A stretch of 64,000 nt of DNA from Spirochaetia bacterium (GCA_038204425.1 JBBRCZ010000006.1:1-64000); one strand, 5' to 3'. Shown: positions 29,144-39,370, numbered from the stretch's first letter. Notes: generated by a model from the letters alone, not told the origin. A program made the numbers and translations.

Positions 29144-29893
29144 ATGAAAACTACAGACCCTAAAAAAAGACAATTGTTGGAATCGTTTAAGAATGGTTTG
29201 ATTGTGTCGTGCCAGGTTCAGAAGGACGATCCTATTTATAGTGAGGAGCTGGTAGTCAAAATGGCTATAGCCGCCCAATGGGCAGGAGCTGTGGGCATCC
29301 GAGCCAATACCCCTGACCAAATTCGTTTGATCAAAGCTAAGGTAAACTTGCCAGTAATCGGGCTCTACAAAATCTGGCATGACGATACTGACGTCTTTAT
29401 TACCCCCACGATCGAAGCAGCTAAACTAGTTTGGGATGCTGGAGCAGAAATAATTGCGCTGGATTGTACCAATCAAACTACTCATCAAAAAACCAAAGCC
29501 TGGGAGCTTTTGCCGATACTTAAAAAAGAAATCCCTGAAGCAATAATCTTTGCCGACGTAGCCAACTACGAAGAAGCAAAACACGCTGCAGAACTTGGCG
29601 CCGATATCGTTGGTCCAACACTTTATGGCTACACTGCCGAAACCAAAGACATTGAGCTGCCAGACATGCGAGAGTTTGCACGGATGTGTCGCGACCTTGG
29701 TAATGAGTGTTATATGATGATGGAAGGTCACGTTTACACCCCCGAAGACGCCATGAAGTGTTTGTTCTTAGGAGCGCATTCAGTAGTGGTTGGTAGTGCC
29801 ATTACACGTCCTCACCTTACTGCCAAGAGATTTGTGGATTTGCTGTCGGGCTACCAAGATAACTGGAGAGCCGCCGAACGCAAGAAGCACTAA
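29144..29893 (+). CDS. nanE: N-acetylmannosamine-6-phosphate 2-epimerase
   Basis: GLIVSCQ, GIRAN, LPVIGLYK (Schiff-base Lys), FITPT, IALD, TLYGYT, VVVGSAITRP. Start at ATG 29144 after AAGGAG. Confidence 0.92.
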   Translation: MKTTDPKKRQLLESFKNGLIVSCQVQKDDPIYSEELVVKMAIAAQWAGAVGIRANTPDQIRLIKAKVNLPVIGLYKIWHDDTDVFITPTIEAAKLVWDAGAEIIALDCTNQTTHQKTKAWELLPILKKEIPEAIIFADVANYEEAKHAAELGADIVGPTLYGYTAETKDIELPDMREFARMCRDLGNECYMMMEGHVYTPEDAMKCLFLGAHSVVVGSAITRPHLTAKRFVDLLSGYQDNWRAAERKKH

Positions 29894-29941
29894 GGTATCC
29901 GTTCGCCGCCGAGATCATTTAATTAAAGGGGAGCAGGCAAG

Positions 29942-32221
29942 ATGGCAAAGTTCAATGTTGACGGGGTCCAGAACGTAGAAGTGAGCAAGAAGTTTCCATG
30001 TCAAAAACCATTGTCTCAACAACTGCAGATTATGGAGCAATATACCTCTACGCATCGCCTACATGCCGGCTCTTCCAAAGAAGTTCGTGAGTTGGAATGC
30101 CTCAAAGTACTCTACCCAAAACTTTTTCGCACTATAGAAGATGCAGACCTAATCGCGGGTCGCATAGACTTTCTGCCGATTGGTTTTGGTTGCGTCACCT
30201 CACTTGGCGGTGTTGGGCACTATTGTGTATTTAATAAACTGCGTGAGCTGCAAAGGCAACTTGACAGCCAGCAGGAAAAAGACCGAGTTGATCAGCTCTA
30301 TAATTATTGGCTGGAAAACGATGTAAAAACCATTTACTGCAACGAGGTGCTTACCGACGATACGATTGGTCGCTTTATCGACTGCGATTATGCGCTTATT
30401 GCAACGGCTCGTTTGTCGGGTATGATGTTGGACTATCCCAAGCTATTTGACTATGGCATAGATGGTTTACGTGACCTAGTCAACGAAAACCTCAAAGCTG
30501 ATCCCAAAAATGAGTTTTTGCAGGCTTCTCTTGGTTCCCTTAGCTTGTTCAGTTTCTGTGCTGATTCGCTACGAGAAATTCTGAGTGCCCAATGTGCAAG
30601 TGCAAGCCCAGAGCGTCGCGCGCAGCTAGAACTAATGATCGCCAGTCTGCTGCATGTAGCCCACAAAAAACCCGAGACCTTTCACCAAGCCTTGCAACTC
30701 TTTTGGCTCTATGCGCTGCTTGCTGGGGTAATCAACTACGGTCGTCTTGATGACTTTTTGGGGCCCTATTTGGTGCGAGACTTAGAATCGGGTCGGATCG
30801 ATCAGGATCAAGCTTATCAATACCTTGCTTCGTTGTGGACTTTGATAGAAAACCGTCGTACCACTGTTAATGGTCGCATTATCGTTGGTGGTCGTGGTAG
30901 AAAGAATCCAAAAGAAGCAGACGTCTTCTTGCATATAGCAATGAAGGTTGTAAAAAACTTCCGCTATGTTGAGCCTCAATTTACGCTACGAATGGACAAA
31001 AGCACCTCCAAGGAAATCTGGGACGAGGCGATGGATGCCATTGGCGCCGGTGCAACCTATCCCACCATCTACAATGATGAGGTCAATGTGCCAGCCCTGA
31101 TGCATGCCATGCGGGTGGACCAAAAAACTGCCGAACAGTATGTGCCATTTGGCTGTACTGAGTTTGTTATCCAAGGCCAGAGCACGGGCACTCCCAACGT
31201 TTGTATGAACGTTCTTAAGATGCTGACGATAACGCTTAATCAAGGCATAGATCCCTTTGACGGCAAGAGCCGCAGTGGCCCTGTCAAGATTAAGGCGTTA
31301 GAAGAGTTTGCCAGTTTTGAAGATTTTTACCAAACTTACAAAGAGCTTCTCGACCACTACATGGATTTGTCCATTGACGCTCAGATGAAGTCCTATGAGG
31401 TAATGGCCAAACAGGTTTCGTTTCTATTTTCTAGCATCTTGATTGACGACTGCATCAGTCGCGGCAAAGCTATCTTGGATGGTGGCGTGAGATACCTTGG
31501 TGGAACCAATGAGATCTACGGCATTATCAATGCCTCCGACGCATTGTGGGCCATAAAGGACTTGGTATTTGATAAGAAAATCTACACCTTGAGTCAGTTA
31601 CAAAGCGCTGCTATGGACAATTTTGCAGGCAACGAAGAGCTCAGGCGCCAACTTTGGGACTGTGACAAGTACGGCAACGACCTTGATACAGCTGACAACA
31701 TGGCACTTGATCTCTATCATCATATTGCCCAAGGAGTGCGAGACCGAGGCATCGCGGCCGGCATGCAGTACTATTTGATTGTAATCAGCAATAACCAGCT
31801 CAACACCGAATGGGGACGCACGACTGCCGCCAGCTTGGATGGACGCCTGCGCGGGCAGTATATGAACCCGGCCAATAACCCCCAAGGTGGCGCAGACAAA
31901 AGCGGCCCAAGCGCCATGCTCAACTCAGTTGCCAAGTTTGAAGCAAAATATCACGGTGGATCAGTTCAGAACATTAAGTTTACGCCAGAGTTCTTTAACA
32001 AGAACCGAGAGATGATTACTGTTCTGTTTAAGACCTACTTTGATCGAGGCGGTTGCCACTTGATGGTAACGGTAGTTGGTCGAGACGTTTTGGAAGACGC
32101 TATGAAACACCCCGAGAAGTATTCTAGCCTAATTGTGAGAGTGAGCGGCTTTTCGGCCATCTTCGTAAACTTAGACAAAGAAGTTCAACAAGAGCTCTTG
32201 AGCCGGGTTCTGTATGGTTAG
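29942..32221 (+). CDS. Glycyl radical enzyme of unknown substrate (single-Cys GCxE eliminase/isomerase type, not PFL)
   Basis: 759 aa; GRLDDFL; Cys loop PFGCTEF (Cys405, Glu407); DGR; Gly loop VRVSGFS (Gly736); activase follows. Confidence 0.92.
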   Translation: MAKFNVDGVQNVEVSKKFPCQKPLSQQLQIMEQYTSTHRLHAGSSKEVRELECLKVLYPKLFRTIEDADLIAGRIDFLPIGFGCVTSLGGVGHYCVFNKLRELQRQLDSQQEKDRVDQLYNYWLENDVKTIYCNEVLTDDTIGRFIDCDYALIATARLSGMMLDYPKLFDYGIDGLRDLVNENLKADPKNEFLQASLGSLSLFSFCADSLREILSAQCASASPERRAQLELMIASLLHVAHKKPETFHQALQLFWLYALLAGVINYGRLDDFLGPYLVRDLESGRIDQDQAYQYLASLWTLIENRRTTVNGRIIVGGRGRKNPKEADVFLHIAMKVVKNFRYVEPQFTLRMDKSTSKEIWDEAMDAIGAGATYPTIYNDEVNVPALMHAMRVDQKTAEQYVPFGCTEFVIQGQSTGTPNVCMNVLKMLTITLNQGIDPFDGKSRSGPVKIKALEEFASFEDFYQTYKELLDHYMDLSIDAQMKSYEVMAKQVSFLFSSILIDDCISRGKAILDGGVRYLGGTNEIYGIINASDALWAIKDLVFDKKIYTLSQLQSAAMDNFAGNEELRRQLWDCDKYGNDLDTADNMALDLYHHIAQGVRDRGIAAGMQYYLIVISNNQLNTEWGRTTAASLDGRLRGQYMNPANNPQGGADKSGPSAMLNSVAKFEAKYHGGSVQNIKFTPEFFNKNREMITVLFKTYFDRGGCHLMVTVVGRDVLEDAMKHPEKYSSLIVRVSGFSAIFVNLDKEVQQELLSRVLYG

Positions 32222-32249
32222 GGTGTATGGTTAGGGTGTATGGCTAAGG
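32211..32249. repeat. 13-bp tandem repeat, three copies, spanning the GRE stop codon
   Basis: TGTATGGTTAGGG, TGTATGGTTAGGG, TGTATGGCTAAGG. Confidence 0.9.
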
Positions 32250-32265
32250 AGTATGAGAAAGCTAT

Positions 32266-33084
32266 ATGATTAAGAGTGGAACCATTCTGCAAAAAAAACT
32301 AAACGTCTTTGATATCCAGCGATTTTGCCTGCATGACGGGCCTGGGATCAGAACTACTGTCTTTCTCAAAGGCTGTGGCCTGCGCTGTCCTTGGTGTGCC
32401 AACCCCGAGTCGCAGTCCAAGCAAGTACAGACGCTACGGATCGCCAACACCAAAAATCCCGCCCTGCCGCCAACTCTAAAAGCGTGCGGAGCTATGCTCG
32501 GTGTAGAAGAAATTATGCAGACCGTGCTAAAAGATAAGGACTACTATCAAAATAGCGGTGGAGGACTCACTGTTTCCGGTGGCGAACCAATGCTGCAAAC
32601 CCCTGCATTGTTAGAACTCTTGCACGCCGCCAAGTATGCAGGCCTCAGTACGGCTATTGAGACCTGCGGTGACACTAAGCAAGAAGATTTTGGCGCCGTC
32701 AAGGCTTTGGTGGACTACTTTCTGTTTGACGTAAAACATCTGGATTCGCAGAAGCTAAAGCACGTAACACAAGGAAATGCTGAGAGAATACTGTCAAATC
32801 TGCGTTTTTTGGCCAGCCATGACGCAGACAAAATTACCGTACGAGTACCTTTGATTCCTGGTTTTAATATGGACTCAGAACTGATGAATCAAATCTTTGA
32901 CTTGCTGATTAGTCTGGGCATTAAAAAAGTAGACCTCTTGCCCTACCACGTCTTAGGCAAAAACAAATACCAGCAACTCGGCATCGCCTATCCCGGAGAA
33001 ATGATTTCAGCAATAAGCCGTGCTGAGTGCCAAATCCTAGAACGACTTGCTGCCTCAAGGGGGCTAACCGTCAATGGAGCCTAG
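32266..33084 (+). CDS. Glycyl-radical enzyme activating protein (radical SAM)
   Basis: HDGPGIRTTVFLKGCGLRCPWCANPES, SGGEP, IETCG, PLIPG, LLPYH; no ferredoxin insert. Confidence 0.95.
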   Translation: MIKSGTILQKKLNVFDIQRFCLHDGPGIRTTVFLKGCGLRCPWCANPESQSKQVQTLRIANTKNPALPPTLKACGAMLGVEEIMQTVLKDKDYYQNSGGGLTVSGGEPMLQTPALLELLHAAKYAGLSTAIETCGDTKQEDFGAVKALVDYFLFDVKHLDSQKLKHVTQGNAERILSNLRFLASHDADKITVRVPLIPGFNMDSELMNQIFDLLISLGIKKVDLLPYHVLGKNKYQQLGIAYPGEMISAISRAECQILERLAASRGLTVNGA

Positions 33085-33719
33085 CGCGGCAAAAGCTCAT
33101 AGCCTTGGACAACATAAAGACGGTGGAATAGGCGATAGGACTCGGCATATTTGATGTGATCCTTGCCGCATTGCATGGCTCTAAATTGATGTTGAATAGG
33201 AACTTGCGACAAAATAGGCGTATGGTCACATTGGGTTTTATGTTCTTTGAGCATCGTCATTTTTAGGTCAAACTGAGCGCTAATATCAATATAAAACTGT
33301 GGTTCAAAGGCTATGCCGCCAAGGTTGTCGGCGTAGAATACTGGCACCCAGGATACATCAGTAATTAGTCGGCTAATTACGCGATGGTCGGGATGATAGT
33401 CGCCTGGGTCGTGGGTAAAGATCACGTCAGGTTGTAGTTGAGCATACAATTGGCGACATGCTTTGTAGGTCTCTTGGTCGTAGATTATCTGTCCGTCTTC
33501 AAAGTTTAAAAAAATTGGCTCAATACCAAGGTGGGCCAATGAAGCACGAGCTTCGGCCTGACGGATTTTGGTCAAACCTGGGCCTTCAGGTTTGCCGGCC
33601 TGTCCATTGCTTGCAATCACGCAACTTAGCTCGTGCCCTTGCTGTTTGTACTTAATCAAAGTGCCCATGAAGGTTGCTTCTAGATCATCAGGGTGGGCAC
33701 CAACGGCCATCACTTTCAT
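33081..33719 (-). CDS. PIG-L/LmbE-family N-deacetylase
   Basis: AHPDDLE, R..EA, HPDH, H.TQ, YAE; SD GAGGAG; stop overlaps the activase stop. Confidence 0.9.
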   Translation of the reverse strand: MKVMAVGAHPDDLEATFMGTLIKYKQQGHELSCVIASNGQAGKPEGPGLTKIRQAEARASLAHLGIEPIFLNFEDGQIIYDQETYKACRQLYAQLQPDVIFTHDPGDYHPDHRVISRLITDVSWVPVFYADNLGGIAFEPQFYIDISAQFDLKMTMLKEHKTQCDHTPILSQVPIQHQFRAMQCGKDHIKYAESYRLFHRLYVVQGYELLPR

Positions 33720-33816
33720 AAACTCTCCTCGCTAGATTAGTTGCCAATAATATAAGTCAGAATAGCCTTAACTGGACTAAATGTCATCAAATCATTGACT
33801 TATAGCTCGTCTAAAA

Positions 33817-35877
33817 CTATTCGCTGTGGCCCAAAACTTCGAGATATTCATTGAGTTTGAGTGGTCTGTAGTAGAGAAAACCTTGAAACAACGATATTTT
33901 ATGGTCTATCAAAAACTTGGCTTGCTCACGACGTTCAACACCTTCTGCAACGACACTTAAGCCAAAGGCAAAGGCAATGTCTGCCACGGCGCTAACCAAG
34001 GCCTCGGAAGCTTTGCTGCCAGGGATTCCTGCCAAAAAAGCCTTGTCCAGTTTAAGCATGTCGACCGGCAAGCGGTGTAGGTAGCCAAGCGAAGAGTAGC
34101 CCGAACCAAAGTCGTCGATAGCAATCGACATGCCCGCGTTTCTAAATCTTTCAAGTGCGGCGCTCCCACGGCCACCAGCTTCCATCAATATCGACTCGGT
34201 TACTTCTAGTCTGATTTTTTTTGGATTGATCTTGTAGTAATCCAAACGTTCCATAAGTTCGTCAGAAAAGCCGGCGTATAGCAACTGACTTGGCGAAAGG
34301 TTGAGCGCCACCGGTGGAAAGTCTGGCCGAGACAGGTAGGGGGCCAAATCACTAAAGACCATGTCGATAATGAGCTTGCCAAGATCTCGCATTAGGCCGG
34401 CTGATTCGGCAAGAGGTACAAAAATAGACGGGCTTGAGACATAGCTTTTTTGCAAAGACTGCCAGCGCACCAAGGCTTCGCACGAGGCTATTGTTCCATT
34501 TGCATTGACTATTGGCTGATAGACCATAGAAAAGCGCTTCTCCGCTAGGTCATGGCGCAGATTTGCAATTGTTAGAATTTTCTCTAGGCTGGCTTGGTGG
34601 GACATTGGTGAGTAGACGGTAATCTGTCCTGGGTGCTTTTTGGCATCACGCAAAACACTCCAACAGGCCGAGAGGACACTGGAGCGATCTTTAACAGAGT
34701 CGGGTAGCCAGTTGACTCCGATCGAGCAGCTCAGGGCTTGTGTTCCCTCGTCGACCTTAATTCCGGCCTTAGCAAGTTCGTAAATCGCTTGTCCAAGCGC
34801 AACAAGTTGGGCTCCAGAACTAGCTTGTCTGGTCAAGATTGCAAACTCACTGCCACCAAGTCTAAATACACTTGATTCCAGCGGTATAACTTGGCGAATA
34901 GTGGTGACAAATGACTTAATTACAGCGTCGCCATATTCAACAGAAAAGCTTTCGTTGAGATCCATTAGTTCGTCCAAATAGATCAATATCAGGCCTGTTT
35001 TGGCGTGGGGCGAGCCCATTTCATCATCAATAGCCTGCAAAAAGGCGCGGCGGTTGGAGATGCCCGTCAAGTCGTCAGTCAAATTTAGCTGTGCGAGCAG
35101 GCGCTCACTGCGTTTGAGTGCGTCGCGAGCTTGTGAGACCTCACGTGCTTGCAACAAAAAAATGCGGAAAAAACCGAGTGCGATCAAGACACAGAAGCCA
35201 GTTAGCCCAAAGGTCATACGAGAAAAACGAACAAAGAACAATGGATCTATGACAAAGCCGAGGCTGCTTTCGGCCACAGCTGACAAGCCAAAAAACATAC
35301 CAAACGTTATGGCCGACAGTACCAGTCTGTTTCTTTTGAATGTTCCCCAGCGAACGTGGTCAATCAACAATGCCACCAAGCTGGTGATCATAAACAAAAC
35401 CTGAATCAGGTCGGTTATGTAGTAAAGTGGGCCTTTTTGAGCTAGCTGCGGATTAAAGTTTCCGGTATCAAAGAGACTTGAAGCGACAATAAAATTGTTG
35501 GGTGATGCAGCGACCATAATATAGGCAATAATCATCAAGAGTGTGCCTAGATAGCACATCAGTAAGAAGACCCTCCTCGCATGGGCAGGCTTAAGAATAT
35601 TTGCATAAAGAAAAAGTGGCATGGCTAGCCAGAACAAAAAGTGCACCGATTGTTGCACTAAATAGACGGCACCCAGTAGTTCTTGACCGGCGTCGCTGCC
35701 CAACAGTAGAAACAGGGTGATCTCTAACGCACTATAAGCAAAGGTGATCAACAAAATCATTACAAATGAGAGGTAGTTGTTTTCTTTAAAATAGCTTCGG
35801 ACCAGCAATAGATAAATAACCGTAGTAGCTATTAGTCCGCAGGATACCCCTGCTAAGATAAGATCGGGCAAGAACAT
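33817..35877 (-). CDS. Multi-TM GGDEF(degenerate)-EAL protein, probable c-di-GMP phosphodiesterase
   Basis: About 7 TM helices; DDLTGISNRR; RLGGSEF; YQP..EALVRW; EVTES; DDFGSGYSSL; AEGVE. Confidence 0.9.
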   Translation of the reverse strand: MFLPDLILAGVSCGLIATTVIYLLLVRSYFKENNYLSFVMILLITFAYSALEITLFLLLGSDAGQELLGAVYLVQQSVHFLFWLAMPLFLYANILKPAHARRVFLLMCYLGTLLMIIAYIMVAASPNNFIVASSLFDTGNFNPQLAQKGPLYYITDLIQVLFMITSLVALLIDHVRWGTFKRNRLVLSAITFGMFFGLSAVAESSLGFVIDPLFFVRFSRMTFGLTGFCVLIALGFFRIFLLQAREVSQARDALKRSERLLAQLNLTDDLTGISNRRAFLQAIDDEMGSPHAKTGLILIYLDELMDLNESFSVEYGDAVIKSFVTTIRQVIPLESSVFRLGGSEFAILTRQASSGAQLVALGQAIYELAKAGIKVDEGTQALSCSIGVNWLPDSVKDRSSVLSACWSVLRDAKKHPGQITVYSPMSHQASLEKILTIANLRHDLAEKRFSMVYQPIVNANGTIASCEALVRWQSLQKSYVSSPSIFVPLAESAGLMRDLGKLIIDMVFSDLAPYLSRPDFPPVALNLSPSQLLYAGFSDELMERLDYYKINPKKIRLEVTESILMEAGGRGSAALERFRNAGMSIAIDDFGSGYSSLGYLHRLPVDMLKLDKAFLAGIPGSKASEALVSAVADIAFAFGLSVVAEGVERREQAKFLIDHKISLFQGFLYYRPLKLNEYLEVLGHSE

Positions 35878-35971
35878 ATGCTAAGTATACAGTAAGCCGA
35901 CTTGTTGATGTTGGTTTTTTTTTAACTTGTAGCTAGTTGCCATTCTATAAACTTATGGGCATGCTCTTGGC

Positions 35972-36880
35972 ATGAAATCCAGAGAATTGAGCTCCTCACT
36001 GCTTTTACTAGTAACAGCTCTCATTTGGGGCTTGGCCTTTGTTGCCCAAAGAGAGGGGGCCAAAGTGCTTTCCACTTTTTCGTTTAATGGCATTCGGTTT
36101 GCTTTAGGTGCGCTTTCTTTGTCGCCGGTGATTATCTTTATGCAAAACCGAGAGAAAAACATCAAGGCTTCAATGGGTGGGCTTGCACAAGGTCACATCA
36201 GAGTGCTTGGACTTGCTGGTATTTCCTGCGGACTGGTGCTCTTTGCTGCAGCCTCGTTGCAGCAGCTTGGCATGAGTGACACAATCTTTGGGCAAGCTAC
36301 GAGTGCCGGAAAAGCTGCCTTTATCACGGGATTCTACATCCCCTTGGTGCCGATTGTTGGTTTGTTCTTTAGGCAAAAAATTTCCTGGCCAGCATGGATA
36401 GGAATAGTGGTGTCGCTTTTTGGACTGTATCTCTTGAGTATCACCAGTGATTTTACCGTCTCAGGCAGCGACGTGCTGGTATTAATCGGCGCACTCTTTT
36501 GGACAGCGCATATTCTGTTGATAGACCATTTTTCGCAACGATGTGATGCCCTGCTTTTGGCGTGTTTACAGTTTCTTACTTGTTCCGTTTTGAGCCTCAT
36601 AATCGCCCTTGGTTTTGAAAAGCCTAGTTGGGAAGCAATACGTGCTGCAGCATATCCCCTGCTCTTTGGTGGCATAGCTTCAGTTGGCATTGCCTATACC
36701 TTGCAGGTTATTGGGCAAAAACACGTGCGGCCAAGCTCTGCGGCGCTCTTATTGAGCCTAGAAACGGTTTTTGCCAGTCTTGGTGGCTTAATTATTCTTG
36801 GTGAACTCATGAGCGGACGGGCACTTGCAGGTTGTGCATTGATGTTGGCAGGGATTCTTGTCTCGCAGCTCAAAAGGTAG
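35972..36880 (+). CDS. DMT/EamA-family transporter
   Basis: IWGLAFVAQ, AGKAAFITG, IAYTLQVIGQK, LETVFA; about 10 TM. Confidence 0.9.
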   Translation: MKSRELSSSLLLLVTALIWGLAFVAQREGAKVLSTFSFNGIRFALGALSLSPVIIFMQNREKNIKASMGGLAQGHIRVLGLAGISCGLVLFAAASLQQLGMSDTIFGQATSAGKAAFITGFYIPLVPIVGLFFRQKISWPAWIGIVVSLFGLYLLSITSDFTVSGSDVLVLIGALFWTAHILLIDHFSQRCDALLLACLQFLTCSVLSLIIALGFEKPSWEAIRAAAYPLLFGGIASVGIAYTLQVIGQKHVRPSSAALLLSLETVFASLGGLIILGELMSGRALAGCALMLAGILVSQLKR

Positions 36881-37636
36881 TTAGTGCAGAATATTGTCCA
36901 AAAATTTACGCGTGCGTTCTTCTTTGGGCTTATCGAACAGCTCACGTGGACTGCCTGTTTCTACAACCAAACCGGCATCCATAAAGATGACCCTGTCGGC
37001 TGCAGCCTTGGCAAAACCCATCTCGTGGCTGACTACTACCATCGTCATGCCCTCCCGTGCAAGATCAAGCATCACGTCGAGTACTTCTTTGACCATTTCG
37101 GGGTCAAGCGCACTGGTTGGCTCATCAAAAAGCATGATCTTGGGGTGCATAGCCAAAGCTCGGGCTATGGCTACACGCTGTTGCTGACCACCAGACAATT
37201 GGTCAGGAAAGCTATACTCTTTTTCACTCAGGCCGACTTTTGCAAGTAGGGAACGGCCTTGCTCGCGTGCCTCATTTTTTCCGATTTTTTTAACGTTGAT
37301 AGGGCTAAGGCAAATGTTGTCTAAGACGTTGAGATGTGGAAAGAGGTTAAAGTTCTGAAACACCATGCCCACCTCTTCGCGTAGGCGTCGAATATCGGCA
37401 TTGGCGGCACAAACTTCTATGTCTGCCACGCGGATGCTGCCACTGCTTAGGTGTTCTAGCCGGTTTATAGAGCGCAGCAAAGTGGATTTGCCGCTACCGG
37501 ATGGGCCGATAATGAGAACCACTTCGCCCTTGGCAACGCTTAGGTTTACGCCTGCCAATGCTCGTTGTTCTTGGAAGACTTTGACTGCGTCACGAATCTC
37601 AATTATTGCCTGAGTGTCTTTGTCAGTTGTACCCAA
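36881..37636 (-). CDS. Polar amino acid ABC transporter ATP-binding protein (GlnQ-like)
   Basis: [41 protein letters not shown]. Confidence 0.95.
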   Translation of the reverse strand: MGTTDKDTQAIIEIRDAVKVFQEQRALAGVNLSVAKGEVVLIIGPSGSGKSTLLRSINRLEHLSSGSIRVADIEVCAANADIRRLREEVGMVFQNFNLFPHLNVLDNICLSPINVKKIGKNEAREQGRSLLAKVGLSEKEYSFPDQLSGGQQQRVAIARALAMHPKIMLFDEPTSALDPEMVKEVLDVMLDLAREGMTMVVVSHEMGFAKAAADRVIFMDAGLVVETGSPRELFDKPKEERTRKFLDNILH

Positions 37637-37637
37637 T

Positions 37638-38519
37638 TTATTTACGCCCTCTCTTTTGCAGACGTTCTTCCATAATACCTACCAGGCGAGACAAAAATAG
37701 CGTCATGACCAAGTACAAGAGGGCAACCATAGTAAAGGTTTCAAAATAGGCGAATGACTGGGACGTGTACTGTCTGCCGCGCGTCATAAGGTCTGGCAAG
37801 GCAACAATGCTCACCAAAGAACTGTCTTTGAGCATGGCAATAAGTTCGTTTCCGAGGGCTGGAAGGATTACTCGGACTGTTTGGGGGAGAATAATAAACC
37901 TAAAAGCTTGGCGGCGGGTCATCCCCAAGGCAAGCGCTGCTTCCATTTGGCCTCTGGAAATGCTTTGAATCCCGGCTCTAAAAATTTCACCAATATAGGC
38001 ACCGTAGCAGATCGAGAGAGCAGCCACCGCTGCCAAGACACCTTCTGTTCTTAGCAACTGCCCTAAAGAGTAGTAGATGTAAAAGAGTTGAACGATCAAC
38101 GGAATGCCGCGAATCACTTCTACGTAGACGGTGGAAACTCTGTTGATCAGTGTATTGCGTGAAATTTGGCCCAGTCCTGCAAACAAGCCGATGACCGTAG
38201 CACATGCAATTGAAAGCAAAGTAACTTGAAACGTGATTATTAGTCCGTCGGGCACAAATTTTAGCGCGTTCCAGTAGTAATTGCGATAACTGCCATCTGC
38301 GATGCGCTCCAAAACAGGATTGGGTGTGCTGGATGGAAACACCTGTAACCATAGTGTATGAACAAAACTCTGTACCTCGGCGGTATTGATCAAAGGCACG
38401 ACTATCAGCAAGCCAATGGCACCAATCAGTGCGATTCGCCAAGCTGAGAAGACACCCTTGTTTCCTCGTTCGGGAATCAGGGTGCCGTCTGCAATAACTA
38501 TGGTTACCGGTTGGGACAT
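37638..38519 (-). CDS. Polar amino acid ABC transporter permease (HisM/GlnP-like)
   Basis: [32 protein letters not shown]. Confidence 0.93.
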   Translation of the reverse strand: MSQPVTIVIADGTLIPERGNKGVFSAWRIALIGAIGLLIVVPLINTAEVQSFVHTLWLQVFPSSTPNPVLERIADGSYRNYYWNALKFVPDGLIITFQVTLLSIACATVIGLFAGLGQISRNTLINRVSTVYVEVIRGIPLIVQLFYIYYSLGQLLRTEGVLAAVAALSICYGAYIGEIFRAGIQSISRGQMEAALALGMTRRQAFRFIILPQTVRVILPALGNELIAMLKDSSLVSIVALPDLMTRGRQYTSQSFAYFETFTMVALLYLVMTLFLSRLVGIMEERLQKRGRK

Positions 38520-39298
38520 TACTTAATTCCCCATTTGGCTTTAATGGCGTCCAATCCACCATTGGCCCTCAGCGTACTAATGCCTTGGTTGAGCTTGGCC
38601 AAGAGTTCGGTGTTATCCATACGTAAGGTATATGCATAAGGTTCAGCTGTAATCAAATCTCCAACGATTAAAACTTTGCCCTTAAAATTTGGATTGACAA
38701 GTGCGTAGTCGGCGGCTACCGGGCTGTCTATGACCACACCTGCAAGATTGCCGTTGACCAGATCCTGAAACGCCAAGCCGATCTCGGCGTAAGTTCTTAC
38801 CTCTACAACCTTTGCAGCGTCAGCAGTATTGTTGCCTGTCGTGCCAATCTGCACGCCAACCTGCTTGCCAGCCAGTTCTTGTAGCTTGGTGGTTTTGCTG
38901 TCTGTTGCAGGTACTACTAATACTTGGCCCACATTTACATAAGGGTCAGAGAAGGCAAACTTGAGTTTTCGCTCGTCAGTAATACTGACCGAACTAGCAA
39001 TCATGTCGTACTTACCGTTCTCAAGCGATATAAAAATGCCATCCCAAGAGACGTTTTCAAATTGGGGAGTAAAACCCACCAGTTCGCCTATAGCTTTGAG
39101 CAAGTCAATGTCAAACCCGATGATGTTACGGTTTTCGTCAACATATTCCATTGGTGGAAAGCTTGCATCGGTTGCGACCTTAATCACTTGGAGAGTGGTC
39201 GTCGCATTATTGGAACTAGAGTTGGATTCGCCTTTTTGACAAGCTACAAAACCTGCAGCGATTGCAATCACAAGAGCCAGAGTGAGAAAACGCTTCAT
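38519..39298 (-). CDS. Polar/basic amino acid ABC transporter substrate-binding lipoprotein (SBP family 3)
   Basis: Lipobox FVAC; ATDASFPPME, GFDIDL, ITDER, FSDPY, VQIGTTG. Confidence 0.93.
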   Translation of the reverse strand: MKRFLTLALVIAIAAGFVACQKGESNSSSNNATTTLQVIKVATDASFPPMEYVDENRNIIGFDIDLLKAIGELVGFTPQFENVSWDGIFISLENGKYDMIASSVSITDERKLKFAFSDPYVNVGQVLVVPATDSKTTKLQELAGKQVGVQIGTTGNNTADAAKVVEVRTYAEIGLAFQDLVNGNLAGVVIDSPVAADYALVNPNFKGKVLIVGDLITAEPYAYTLRMDNTELLAKLNQGISTLRANGGLDAIKAKWGIK

Positions 39299-39370
39299 AA
39301 GATATCTCCTATGAACGAAATACTAAAGCCAAGTTCTAAGCCATGTCAACGCAAGCAACGACCATAGAAG

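Noticed and set aside
29942..32221. Pyruvate formate-lyase or choline TMA-lyase
   Set aside because: No Cys-Cys pair; no microcompartment or aldehyde dehydrogenase genes; the context is sugar-phosphate metabolism.
29144..33084. The nanE-GRE locus recycles the cell's own legionaminic acid
   Set aside because: The hexose derived from Leg is 6-deoxy and cannot form the 6-phosphate NanE needs; no lyase is present and the loci are 12 kb apart.
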